DNA of 64,000 nucleotides from Magnetococcales bacterium (GTDB taxonomy: Bacteria; Pseudomonadota; Magnetococcia; Magnetococcales; JADFXB01). Below are positions 9,533-20,745 of this stretch, in pieces. The stretch spans positions 10,307 to 74,306 of the forward strand of contig JADFXB010000003.1 in assembly GCA_015233935.1 (NCBI GenBank), in the 5' to 3' direction. The notes under the pieces are model-generated. The model worked only from the letters and a program-made list of their open reading frames with translations. It did no database searches and was not told where the DNA came from. The first letter of the stretch is position 1, and every line of letters begins with the position of its first letter. Both the position numbers and the translations under genes were made by a program.

Positions 9533-11327
9533 CCCCGACAACCAGGGTGACGTTATCCCGATCAACCAGCACATTGTAGGCCCCACCTGCCATATGGGTG
9601 TATTGAACCTCGGCAAAATATTTTTTATTCCAATCGGCACGCAAACCTGGACGCAAGGAAGTGCGATTTTGTAAAAAAATTCCATCATGGGAGTAGCCCT
9701 TGATATCATGGGTAAACATAAGAGAAGGGGTGAGCCTGGCGGCCAGGAAGGCGTCGGGATAACTGGCAGACAGGTGCAAACGGTAGCCCCAGGCATCCGA
9801 AGTAATGAACCCATCATGGGTACAGGATTTTTGGGCAAGAGAGTTATCGGAACAAGGTTGCCCATTGATGGCGGCAATGCCGTAAGCGTCGGACCGACCG
9901 TAGCGCAACACCCCTGGATCGGGCAAACCCGCAATGTGGCTCCAGCCGATTTCCCCGCCCAGCAATACCCGTTCCGCCCCCCAGGTGGCTGGAATCCCCT
10001 TGTTTATACCCAGGCTGGTGGTGGTAACTGGATACCGATCGTAACCATCAAGGGATCCACCAAGGGGAATTCCGTTGGTACCCTTGGCCAGATTCAGTGC
10101 CGAGGTGGGAGAACGGCCTACAAAGGCGGCAATCAGGTCGGAGGCATTCAGACTGAGGGGCTGATTGGGACGATAAGAAATTTCACCAAATATCCGCATG
10201 GATGCATCCAAATTGGTCTCAAAGCTGGCACCGTATAATTGGATGTTTTCTGGGTAGACCATGGCATAACGAAGGCCATTCGGACCGGCCAATCGGCTAA
10301 CCACTGTTCCAAAACCTGCCGAGACATCAGGATTGAAGGCCTTAACACTCGGATTCCTGCTGTGATAGTTCATCAGGTAGGCGCGAAATCCGGTGCGCCA
10401 GCCCGTTGGGCTATAACGCAACGACAGGCCGTACTGTCCAAAGTTACTCACCTCTTCATCCGGGCTTCGTTTCGGATACATTCCCGTAGCCAAGGCGTTG
10501 ACATCGCTCAGGTTGCCCAGTACCGAAGCATAATTGCAGCCAGCGGGGGCGTAATTAACCAGGGCGAAAAAGGTGCCACATCCTGGCAAGACGTTGGGAC
10601 GAAATTCATAAGGGAAAACCCCGTCCACTTCCCACTGCTGACCACTTTTCAGATTGGCATAGAGCATTCCCAAAGGTACACGCCCCTCCTCCGGCAATAC
10701 CCCAGGACGTTGCCGTGCCGGATAGTCTATGGGGTTGATGGCATCCACCCCTCCCCCTATCCACTGGGCACCCCCCCAACGAACCACCTGACGACCCAGG
10801 CGCAGATTCAGTTTGGACGAATCGTTCACGTCGAACCTGCCAAAGAGGTAGAGATCATCCAGCAGAATGTTGCTGAACTTTGCTTCAGGAGCGAAGCCGT
10901 TGTCACTTAAGGGAATATTGGGCTGAAATCCATTAACACTATTTCCGTAGGGCCGATTCCCATGCTCCAGGGTAAAATCGTACCAAGCCCTGGACTTGGC
11001 AAACAGTCCCAACTCCTGCCATTTGATCTCCAGGTTGAGATTGCCCTTGAGTACGGTAGAGACCGGTTGGCCCGACTTGAAATTGAGATCATTGGTGCCT
11101 GTGTTTCCAGCGAGTTGCCCGCTCCTGCCAACTTGCTGGGCCGCCGTCTCTCCCAGCACTGCGGGATTGGGCGATTCGGTTCGGAGGGTGGTTCCAGCCG
11201 TTATCGTACCGGTGAATTTTACCTCGATATCCTTTCCGAACTGAAAATCCGTGGCCTGGGCCGCAACCACTGGCAAGAGCGCAAGAATAATAAACATGAT
11301 ATAGAAAAACGGATGATCTATACGCAT
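9522..11327 (-). CDS. DUF1302 family outer-membrane beta-barrel protein
   Basis: Signal peptide, LRLGRQVVRWG, CGTFF, YPENIQLYGASF, GEISYRPNQP, DRDNV and a terminal Phe. Confidence 0.85.
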   Translation of the reverse strand: MRIDHPFFYIMFIILALLPVVAAQATDFQFGKDIEVKFTGTITAGTTLRTESPNPAVLGETAAQQVGRSGQLAGNTGTNDLNFKSGQPVSTVLKGNLNLEIKWQELGLFAKSRAWYDFTLEHGNRPYGNSVNGFQPNIPLSDNGFAPEAKFSNILLDDLYLFGRFDVNDSSKLNLRLGRQVVRWGGAQWIGGGVDAINPIDYPARQRPGVLPEEGRVPLGMLYANLKSGQQWEVDGVFPYEFRPNVLPGCGTFFALVNYAPAGCNYASVLGNLSDVNALATGMYPKRSPDEEVSNFGQYGLSLRYSPTGWRTGFRAYLMNYHSRNPSVKAFNPDVSAGFGTVVSRLAGPNGLRYAMVYPENIQLYGASFETNLDASMRIFGEISYRPNQPLSLNASDLIAAFVGRSPTSALNLAKGTNGIPLGGSLDGYDRYPVTTTSLGINKGIPATWGAERVLLGGEIGWSHIAGLPDPGVLRYGRSDAYGIAAINGQPCSDNSLAQKSCTHDGFITSDAWGYRLHLSASYPDAFLAARLTPSLMFTHDIKGYSHDGIFLQNRTSLRPGLRADWNKKYFAEVQYTHMAGGAYNVLVDRDNVTLVVGVNF

Positions 11328-11510
11328 CCTGATTCCTTGATGAGCCGATCCAGCTCTTATATAGCATTATAAAAGTTGGATTCATCCAATTTAATTAATA
11401 ACCTTTATAAATTATTTTGAGCAGGTCTTTACCTTTCCTGAATAATTGACCCTGTTCCTGGCTTCTTCCAGGGAGAAAGCAAAATCGTACCCAAACATAG
11501 CTAATATCCA

Positions 11511-12803
11511 TCATGAACTGCCGACCTGGATGCCTTCGGGATGATCGTCTGTGCAGTAAACCACCGTATTGCGTCCCCCGTTTTTGGCTTTGTAAAGCAT
11601 GGTATCGGCCATAGCCAGCGTTGTTTCCAAATCTCCTTCAATTTCAGCCGCCACCCCGATGCTTATGGTGACTTTTATGGTTTTGTCGTTGACCATAATT
11701 TCCTCCTCCGCCACAAATTGGCGCAACTGGTCAAAAATTTGCTCAATTTTATCTGGGCTGAGATTGACGGCAAGGATGGCAAACTCCTCGCCTCCCATGC
11801 GGGCAACAATATCGGTGGTGCGAAAATGTTTTTCAGCAATCATGGCGACCTGTTTGAGAACCAGGTCGCCCACATCATGGCCATAAGTGTCATTGATCTT
11901 TTTAAAGTGATCGATATCCAGCATGGCGGTGGTAAGATGGATTTGTTGCCGCTTGGCACTTGAGAAGAGCTTTTTGCCAGCCTCAAAAAAATACCGCCTA
12001 TTGTTTAGTCCGGTAAGAAAGTCCCGTATGACAGCATCGTTGAGGGCACGTACCTTTTCCAAAAGATTCATATTGACTGTCACACGGCAGAAAAATTCTT
12101 CGGAAAGAAACGGTTTGTTGATAAAGTCATTTGCCCCATTTTTAATAAACTTTGTGGAAAGAAGGTTGTTTCCATAGGCAGATAAACCAATGATGACCAA
12201 CTCTTCTTGAGAAAACCTGGCGCGGATGCGTTTGATTAAACTGAAACCATCCATTTCCGGCATATTATAATCAGTCAAAACCAACCGCACATCCCCTTCT
12301 TTTTCCAGAATTTTCAGTGCCTCCTGCCCATTGGAAGCCTCCATCACCTGGTACATGTGAAGTGCTAACAGATTGATCTGATGCTGACGCGAGCTTTTGG
12401 AATCGTCCACCACCAAAGCCTTGATAAACCGGTTGCGGGTGATGCGGTGAATCATGGAAATCACATAATCAATAGAGCTGGAACTCTCCTTGAATACATA
12501 GTCGATAATCCCCTTTGAAAGAATTTGCTCCCGCATATTGTCGTCGAACTCACCGGTGAAGACGATAATGGGTATTTGAAAGGATTGCACAACATCCACG
12601 ATCTCTCCTTGTGGAGAGTCTGGCAGGTTGAGATCCAGTAAGCCCAAGAAAAAATCATTTTCTTCAGACAGAATTTTTTTTGCCTCGGCCATGGTCATGG
12701 CAAGCGAGACGCGATAGTTACCATCTACTTCGATACGGCTTTTAAGAAGATTGGCAAACACTTTGGAATCTTCGACCACCAATATTTTATATGCAGAAGT
12801 CAT
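11511..12803 (-). CDS. PleD-like diguanylate cyclase (REC-REC-GGDEF)
   Basis: Two receiver domains, DFLTGLNNRR, RTTD I-site and GGEEF active site. Confidence 0.9.
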   Translation of the reverse strand: MTSAYKILVVEDSKVFANLLKSRIEVDGNYRVSLAMTMAEAKKILSEENDFFLGLLDLNLPDSPQGEIVDVVQSFQIPIIVFTGEFDDNMREQILSKGIIDYVFKESSSSIDYVISMIHRITRNRFIKALVVDDSKSSRQHQINLLALHMYQVMEASNGQEALKILEKEGDVRLVLTDYNMPEMDGFSLIKRIRARFSQEELVIIGLSAYGNNLLSTKFIKNGANDFINKPFLSEEFFCRVTVNMNLLEKVRALNDAVIRDFLTGLNNRRYFFEAGKKLFSSAKRQQIHLTTAMLDIDHFKKINDTYGHDVGDLVLKQVAMIAEKHFRTTDIVARMGGEEFAILAVNLSPDKIEQIFDQLRQFVAEEEIMVNDKTIKVTISIGVAAEIEGDLETTLAMADTMLYKAKNGGRNTVVYCTDDHPEGIQVGSS

Positions 12804-12827
12804 GGGGAATCCTTATTCTAAGCTTAT

Positions 12828-13216
12828 TTAACGACATATGACCTGGTTACGTCCATGGTGTTTACATTGGTAAAGCACCTTATCGACCACCTTAATCAGA
12901 TCCATAAATATATCTTGCATGGATGGGGTGAAGGAAGCAACCCCAATGCTTAGTGTGACAAAATCAGCAGCCTTGGACTTGGCATGAGGAATTTTCAGAT
13001 CACGCACGGCTTCCAGAATACGATTGGCCACCACCTTGCCCCTTCTCCTCCCCCATAGCGGGCGGCAAGCTTCACCATTTGTGGCATGGCCCTACTGATG
13101 GCTGCGACCATTTTTTTGAGGCATGCATCTCCCTCGGCAGGACCATAGAGGTCATTGTAGAGTTTGAAATGGTCGATACCCATCAAAGTCAGGGAAAATA
13201 AATGACCATAACGCAT
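12828..13216 (-). pseudogene. Degraded GGDEF diguanylate cyclase (5'-truncated, with an internal deletion/frameshift)
   Basis: Two overlapping frames give IDHFKLYNDLYG..GDACL..ARYGG and TLSIGVAS..LYQCKHHGRNQV. The frame breaks at the GG(D/E)EF motif. Confidence 0.8.
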
Positions 13217-13479
13217 TTTGGATAAATTCTACAGCCTGGAGTTTCGACGAAAACTGTTTAAGCCTTGAGGAGCTTCAAACAGAATTGGATGCATGGATAG
13301 ATCTGTGCAACCGCGAACGCTCACACTCTGGGAACTATTTTTACGGGAAAACTCCGATGCAAACCTTCCTGGATTCCAAAAAAAATTGCACAGGAAAAAA
13401 ATCCTGGAACGATTTTACCAAACAGACAGAACCAAGGCCGTATGACCCATTTTTGTCAGATTAAGCCTTGACAAGTACA
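13215..13479 (+). mobile_element. IS481-family remnant (transposase C-terminus plus right end)
   Basis: Frameshifted translation LDKFYSLEFRRKLF/SLEELQTELDAWIDLCNRERSHSGNYFYGKTPMQTFLDSKK matches the IS481 integrase-core C-terminus. It ends in TGTCAGATTAAGCCTTGACAAGTACA, and IS481 termini end in ACA. Confidence 0.75.
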
Positions 13480-13486
13480 ATTGATG

Positions 13487-13537
13487 AGCCGATGCCAGGG
13501 GGAGTACTCGCCCCCCTGGCATCGGCTACTCTTTTTT
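13487..13537. terminator. Intrinsic terminator hairpin downstream of katG
   Basis: 16-bp stem AGCCGATGCCAGGGGG / CCCCCTGGCATCGGCT followed by a T run. Confidence 0.7.
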
Positions 13538-13635
13538 GCTATAGGCGCAGCAGTTCCCCCAACATTATGGGAATTATACATCTACGCCTTGTCCCCTCAA
13601 ATACGCTTCAGCCGGAAGATCGACTCTTTTCCTGG

Positions 13636-15861
<2,226 letters not shown>

Positions 15862-16038
15862 TCAAGTTTCTCCTTGCTCAGCCCCCTGACCCGGTGCTCG
15901 GATCCCATCTTCGCGTTGCCCTATCCTTTGGTCAGGCTGAAGACTCGTTTGAGATATACGGGCAAAGATTAACCACCGTTCGCGGAAAATGGGTGATCGA
16001 GGCGAAAGAGCGCGAATTCCGTCCATAGACCGTGTGGA

Positions 16039-16992
16039 TCACACTACCAGGAGTCCACGTTTTTCGGCCAAAGTGACGATGGCCTCCGTACCGCTGTTAA
16101 ACTCGATATGGTCTACTTCAACGCCATCGCTAAAAATAACCCCTTCCTCAGGCATTTGTGAAACAAGTCGCAGACATTTATTTTTGTCAATACGTCCAAT
16201 CACCAGTTCCGCCGCCGTGGTCCGGCTGGGAAATGGTTCGCGTACAAACCAGTGGAGATGATCGGATTCCCAGGGAAAGGCCCCATGATGGGTATCGTTT
16301 GGCATCAGCTCCCAAATCTTGGTCCCGAGCAATGCCTGGGTGGTGGCCATCCAGCCCGAATAGATACTTTTCAACCATCCTGTCGAGCCTAGACCCGTGG
16401 AAATAATGATCCCACTGGAGGATTGCACCTCCTGCCGATCCCCCACATCCAGCAGATAACGGGCCGAGACATGGGACTTTTTGCCAATAAACAGGTCATT
16501 GACAGCCAACAGGCTTTGTCCGTTGTTCAATGTTGCACGGGCCATGCTTACCACCTTGACGGGCCGTTTGCGGGCGGTTTCCTCACCCATGACCCGATCC
16601 AGGTCATCGATGGTGAAAGGTAACAGGACACCATCCCAACGGGCTGGGTCGGGATTGACCCCCGTTACCCGCTGACCATCAAGATATTTCAGGGTATTCG
16701 CCACCAGACCATCCTGACCGAGGACCACAACCGTATCTTCCGGTCCGAAAATAAAATTAGGCAAAAAACGACGTTCCAGACGTTGCACAAGGCCAAAGTT
16801 GCGGAGAATCTCCCCCGCTCTGGCGACGGCGGTCTGGTATCCAAAGTGCTCAGAAAGATAATCGGAAAAATCGCTACCAAGGTGCTCGATATAAAAGCGT
16901 GCCTGCTCAATGGTGTTGTAGCGTGCAACCAGTTCGTCCAATCGGGTTTGGCGCACTACCAGGACAATCTTTCTGGCCAAGGGATCGGCCAT
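16039..16992 (-). CDS. NAD-kinase-like (PpnK-fold) protein
   Basis: VVVLGQDGL (a variant of GGDG), AVNDLFIG (NE/ND motif) and SSGIIISTGLGSTGW. Confidence 0.8.
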   Translation of the reverse strand: MADPLARKIVLVVRQTRLDELVARYNTIEQARFYIEHLGSDFSDYLSEHFGYQTAVARAGEILRNFGLVQRLERRFLPNFIFGPEDTVVVLGQDGLVANTLKYLDGQRVTGVNPDPARWDGVLLPFTIDDLDRVMGEETARKRPVKVVSMARATLNNGQSLLAVNDLFIGKKSHVSARYLLDVGDRQEVQSSSGIIISTGLGSTGWLKSIYSGWMATTQALLGTKIWELMPNDTHHGAFPWESDHLHWFVREPFPSRTTAAELVIGRIDKNKCLRLVSQMPEEGVIFSDGVEVDHIEFNSGTEAIVTLAEKRGLLVV

Positions 16993-16993
16993 G

Positions 16994-18013
16994 TCACGCC
17001 CTCCCTTGCTTCCCTATAATCTCGTTAAGAAGGTCAGGAGAAATGTTGAGTTGACCAATTTTATTGGCATTTTCGGCTATATCGCGAAAAGCAAGGGCCA
17101 TCAACTGCCCTGGATTCATGCCAACGGTTGCCAACGCCTGCAAAATTTTTGCATCACTTCCAGCAAAAGATTTCAGCACGGCTTCGATGGCATAGGCTTG
17201 GTCGTCGGCTTCACGTCTGGCATTGGACGAGGCGCATTCCACCAATTGGCGGCGTCGTTCCTCGAGAAAAATTTGCCCTTCCATATCCTCCTGGGCGATC
17301 AACCGCTCCTTTTCCCGAACCGAACGGTCGGCCTCCACCTGAACCTCCCGTACTTGCCGACGCTTGGTTTCGATGGCAATTTCGGTGTCCGGTTCGTTCT
17401 GGCGAATAATCCGTTCCTGTTCCACAGCGGCGTTTCGCCGGGCGTAGGTGGCTTCATCCGCCAGACGCAGCAGCTCCTCCCGCACTTCCGCTTCCATAGC
17501 CCGTGCCGTTTCAGGCTTGGGTTTCACCGCCAGGATGGAAAGGCCAAGAATTTCGGTGCCAAGGGCTACCACGGTCTGCTCATTTCGCAATATTTCAAGA
17601 ACACGGGATACAAGGCCATCATTGGCTGACAGAGCCTCCTTCAAGGGCATGGTACCCACCTGGAAGGTTAAGGCCACCCGTGCCTGATCAATCAGACGTT
17701 GGGGCAGTTTTTCTGGATCATCGGAAAGATGTTGTCCGTTGGCATCTACGGAAAAATCCATCAGCTCTGAAGTCTTCCGAGGATGGCTGATACGGTAAGT
17801 GAGTTGTCCCTGGATGGTGATCTCCTGGAAGTCTGCGGTGACCTGCTCAAACATGAAGGGCACGTTGACGCTTCCCGTAGGAACCACCACCACGGAAACC
17901 ATGGGGGCAAAATAGAACAGGGCAAGTCCTGCTCCCTCCCGAAGGGGTTTCCCATTGCGAAATACGATGACATACTGGGTGGGTTGGGTCTTCAGGTATC
18001 TGAATCCGAACAT
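16994..18013 (-). CDS. SPFH/Band 7 domain protein with a coiled-coil C-terminus
   Basis: GAGLALFY, TADFQEITIQGQLTYRI, ADEATYARRNAAVEQER and IGQLNISPDLL. The likely start is MFGFRYLK at 18013, and the stop lies 1 nt from the NADK-like start. Confidence 0.85.
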   Translation of the reverse strand: MFGFRYLKTQPTQYVIVFRNGKPLREGAGLALFYFAPMVSVVVVPTGSVNVPFMFEQVTADFQEITIQGQLTYRISHPRKTSELMDFSVDANGQHLSDDPEKLPQRLIDQARVALTFQVGTMPLKEALSANDGLVSRVLEILRNEQTVVALGTEILGLSILAVKPKPETARAMEAEVREELLRLADEATYARRNAAVEQERIIRQNEPDTEIAIETKRRQVREVQVEADRSVREKERLIAQEDMEGQIFLEERRRQLVECASSNARREADDQAYAIEAVLKSFAGSDAKILQALATVGMNPGQLMALAFRDIAENANKIGQLNISPDLLNEIIGKQGRA

Positions 18014-18289
18014 AAAATTTTCCCTGGTATTTTTAAAATGGATTGGGATCCTGATTGTCAGTTCATGCCAAGTTTTTGGGATCAACGGGATGCGACTTAC
18101 TCCGCCCACCAGACGGTCCAACAGAGCAACTATCGTCCCCTGTTCTTCCTGTTATGGCAAGAAAAAAATGGCAATCAGATCCAGGAATTCCAGGGAAGTC
18201 ATTTCCACCCCCTGCGCACCCGATGGGTCTATTTAGCAGTCCGTTGATAATACATAAATCATTTACTATACTGTAGGCACCTTGAACCA

Positions 18290-18556
18290 TTGAGGAGGGT
18301 ATCAGATATCGGCAGGCCGGATGAGCGAAGTTTTGAGCATGTGCTGGACCGAAGTGGCATGAGGAGGGTGTGGTTGCAGGGTCAGGAAAATGTCTCCAAA
18401 CGATACCTGATTCACGTCGCGGGGTTCAATCTTGGCATCCTGATGCGCCATTTGACCGGGAAAGGAACGCCCAAAGGGTGGGCTGACCGCCGCCACCTCT
18501 TTATTTTCGTCCTGGTTACGCCTTTTGGCCAGCTTTGGGGAATCGGTCTGCCTTGA
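18290..18556 (+). mobile_element. Transposase C-terminal fragment (IS1182/IS5-like DDE)
   Basis: ERSFEHVLDRSGMRRVWLQGQENVSKRYLIHVAGFNLGILMR matches the C-terminal DDE segment. The N-terminal part is absent. Confidence 0.7.
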
Positions 18557-18627
18557 TTCCCATTTTAGAGTAAATCGTATATAGAATTTTTTTCAATTGA
18601 AATGTAAGCCTACAAAAAACGATAATA

Positions 18628-18663
18628 AAAAACCCTCCGGTCGCTTCCACCCGGAGGGTTTTT
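18628..18663. terminator. Bidirectional intrinsic terminator
   Basis: AAAAACCCTCCGG-N10-CCGGAGGGTTTTT downstream of the duplicated small genes. Confidence 0.8.
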
Positions 18664-18688
18664 GAACTGCCTTAACTACTGTGGAGGA

Positions 18689-18922
18689 TTATTTCTTTTC
18701 CACCACCGGGGCCGCACCCTTGACTTCGCCCTCTTTCTTTTCCGCCTTCTTTTCCACCTTGCCAGCGGGTTTCACAGGCTGTCCACCCTGGGGAGAGGCG
18801 GGTTGGGCTGCGGTCTGGGCAGCAGGTTGCGCCGGAGCAGCGGAAGTGGCTTCATTACCAGCCAGGGCACCTTGAGCCAACATCAAACCGGAGACCAACA
18901 GGGCAGCATACAGGGTTTTCAT
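18689..18922 (-). CDS. Small secreted Ala/Pro/Lys-rich protein, copy 2
   Basis: Signal peptide MKTLYAALLVSGLMLAQGALA, GAGGAG SD, near-identical to the upstream paralog. Confidence 0.8.
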   Translation of the reverse strand: MKTLYAALLVSGLMLAQGALAGNEATSAAPAQPAAQTAAQPASPQGGQPVKPAGKVEKKAEKKEGEVKGAAPVVEKK

Positions 18923-18983
18923 GATTCACACTCCTCAAGTTTTGGATTTATTCTGAAGATCATCTTTACTGCTTGCTCAATGA

Positions 18984-19220
18984 TTATTTCTTTTCAACCA
19001 CCGGGGCGGTGCTCTTGCTCACCTCACCCTCTTTCTTTTCCGCTTTCTTTTCCACCTTGCCAGCGGGTTTCACAGGCTGTCCACCCTGGGGAGAGGCGGG
19101 TTGGGCTGCGGTCTGGGCGGCAGGTTGCGCCGGGGCGGCGGGGGCAGCTTCCGTACCGGCCAAAGCACCTTGGGCCAACATCAAACCAGAGACCAACAGA
19201 GCGGCATACAGGGTTTTCAT
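18984..19220 (-). CDS. Small secreted Ala/Pro/Lys-rich protein, copy 1
   Basis: Same signal peptide and a GGAG SD; tandem duplicate. Confidence 0.8.
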   Translation of the reverse strand: MKTLYAALLVSGLMLAQGALAGTEAAPAAPAQPAAQTAAQPASPQGGQPVKPAGKVEKKAEKKEGEVSKSTAPVVEKK

Positions 19221-19389
19221 GATTCATTCTCCACATCAATTGGGTTAAAGGCTTCTTTTTGGGTGGTCCCGGTGGGGTGTTTCTCTCTTCCCTTTTCCGT
19301 CTGACCATGGCCCATAATGTAGCCAATTCATTTGACCCCAACCTGATGGGAACTTTAAGGCTGCGTTAAGCTACCAAGAGATAAAACCA

Positions 19390-19824
19390 ATGAGAATCAA
19401 TAGCATGAACAAATACCTTCTGGGAATTGGCCTGGTTTTCTTAAACATGGCCAACAATTCTTTGGCCCAGGCCGCAATTTATAATTGCACTCCTGATCAC
19501 CAACACACCTGTGACCAGCAAGGATGCACCACAACCACCGAAAACTTCGCCCACGCCGAAACCTTTACCCTGGATACCCAACGAAAAATCATCTCTGCCT
19601 GCCTGTGGACCGCCTGCTACGAAGGACGTGCCAGTTTTTATCATGTCGATAAACAAGGAGAAATTACCGCCATGGGCCAGTTGCAGGAACAAGGGGACAA
19701 CCCGGATAAATCACCCCGCCTCCTCTCCCTCACCAAGGATGCCAACCACCATTTTACCGCCGTCTGGAGTTATTCCGGCTCCGGCCTCACCTTTGATATG
19801 GGCGTTTGCCAACCCATACGTTAA
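19390..19824 (+). CDS. Hypothetical secreted Cys-containing protein
   Basis: Signal-like N-terminus (start could be 19405) and six Cys. Confidence 0.6.
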   Translation: MRINSMNKYLLGIGLVFLNMANNSLAQAAIYNCTPDHQHTCDQQGCTTTTENFAHAETFTLDTQRKIISACLWTACYEGRASFYHVDKQGEITAMGQLQEQGDNPDKSPRLLSLTKDANHHFTAVWSYSGSGLTFDMGVCQPIR

Positions 19825-19866
19825 ACTATGGCCATCGTTCACCCCCCTTCATGCCGAGGATGACCC

Positions 19867-20694
19867 ATGCCCAACCCCATTATTCGTCCCCTAACCCGGC
19901 AAGAAATGACCCTGCCTTTGGAATGGGCCGCCGCCGAAGGATGGAATCCCGGTCTTGCCGATGGGGATTGCTTCCATGCCGCCGATCCCCAAGGATTCCT
20001 AGTGGCCATGGTGGAAGAACAACCCGTGGCAGTGATTTCAGCGGTCACCTACCAACAAGCCTTTGCCTTTTTGGGATTTTATATCGTCAAACCTGAATGG
20101 CGGGGACAAGGGTATGGCATAGCCTTGTGGAATGCCGCTTTGCAACGATTGTCTTCTTGCACCATTGGCCTGGACGGCGTGGTGGCCCAACAGGAAAATT
20201 ATCGTCGATCCGGCTTTGTACTGGCCCACGGCAATCAACGATTTCAAGGAATGGGTGGCGGGGAGCTGCCTGTGGGTGTGGTGGAGGTGGGTGAAATTCC
20301 CTTGGATCAACTGGTGGAGTACGACGCCCGGCATTTTACGAGAAAGCGAACCGCCTTTCTCCAAGGTTGGCGCAATTTTCCCGGTAAAGCCGTTATAAGA
20401 GATGGTCGCCTGGCAGGTTATGGCATCATCCGTCCCTGCCGCGTCGGCCACAAGATCGGCCCCTTGTTCGCCGATACCCCCCAGGTGGCCGATACCCTTT
20501 TCCAAGCCCTGGCGTCCACGGTTCCCCAGGCCACGCTCTTTCTGGACCTGCCTCTGCCCAACCCGCAGGCCGTCGCCCTGGCCCATCGTCACAAAATGAC
20601 ACCAGTTTTTGAAACCGCCCGCATGTATCGGGGCACGCCCCCTGACCTGCCCCTTGCCAACATTTACGGCATTACTTCATTTGAGCTGGGCTGA
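19867..20694 (+). CDS. Tandem-GNAT acetyltransferase (YitH-like)
   Basis: WAAAEGWNPG, RGQGYG, IGPLFAD, FETARMY and terminal ITSFELG. Confidence 0.9.
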   Translation: MPNPIIRPLTRQEMTLPLEWAAAEGWNPGLADGDCFHAADPQGFLVAMVEEQPVAVISAVTYQQAFAFLGFYIVKPEWRGQGYGIALWNAALQRLSSCTIGLDGVVAQQENYRRSGFVLAHGNQRFQGMGGGELPVGVVEVGEIPLDQLVEYDARHFTRKRTAFLQGWRNFPGKAVIRDGRLAGYGIIRPCRVGHKIGPLFADTPQVADTLFQALASTVPQATLFLDLPLPNPQAVALAHRHKMTPVFETARMYRGTPPDLPLANIYGITSFELG

Positions 20695-20707
20695 CCTTTT
20701 TGCAGAG

Positions 20708-20736
20708 TGCAGGGGGACCCATGGGATCCCCCTGCA
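20708..20736. terminator. Hairpin between convergent GNAT and htpG
   Basis: TGCAGGGGGA...TCCCCCTGCA inverted repeat. Confidence 0.6.
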
Positions 20737-20745
20737 TACTTGCTC

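Noticed and set aside
15878-15940. Inverted repeat TCAGCC..TGACC / GGTCAGGCTGA upstream of katG as a riboswitch or operator
   Set aside because: It is short, bulged and has a long loop, with no recognisable motif.
18245-18275. NrtR operator upstream of the SPFH gene
   Set aside because: Only a half-site (TTTACTATA) is present, with no GT-N7-AC palindrome.
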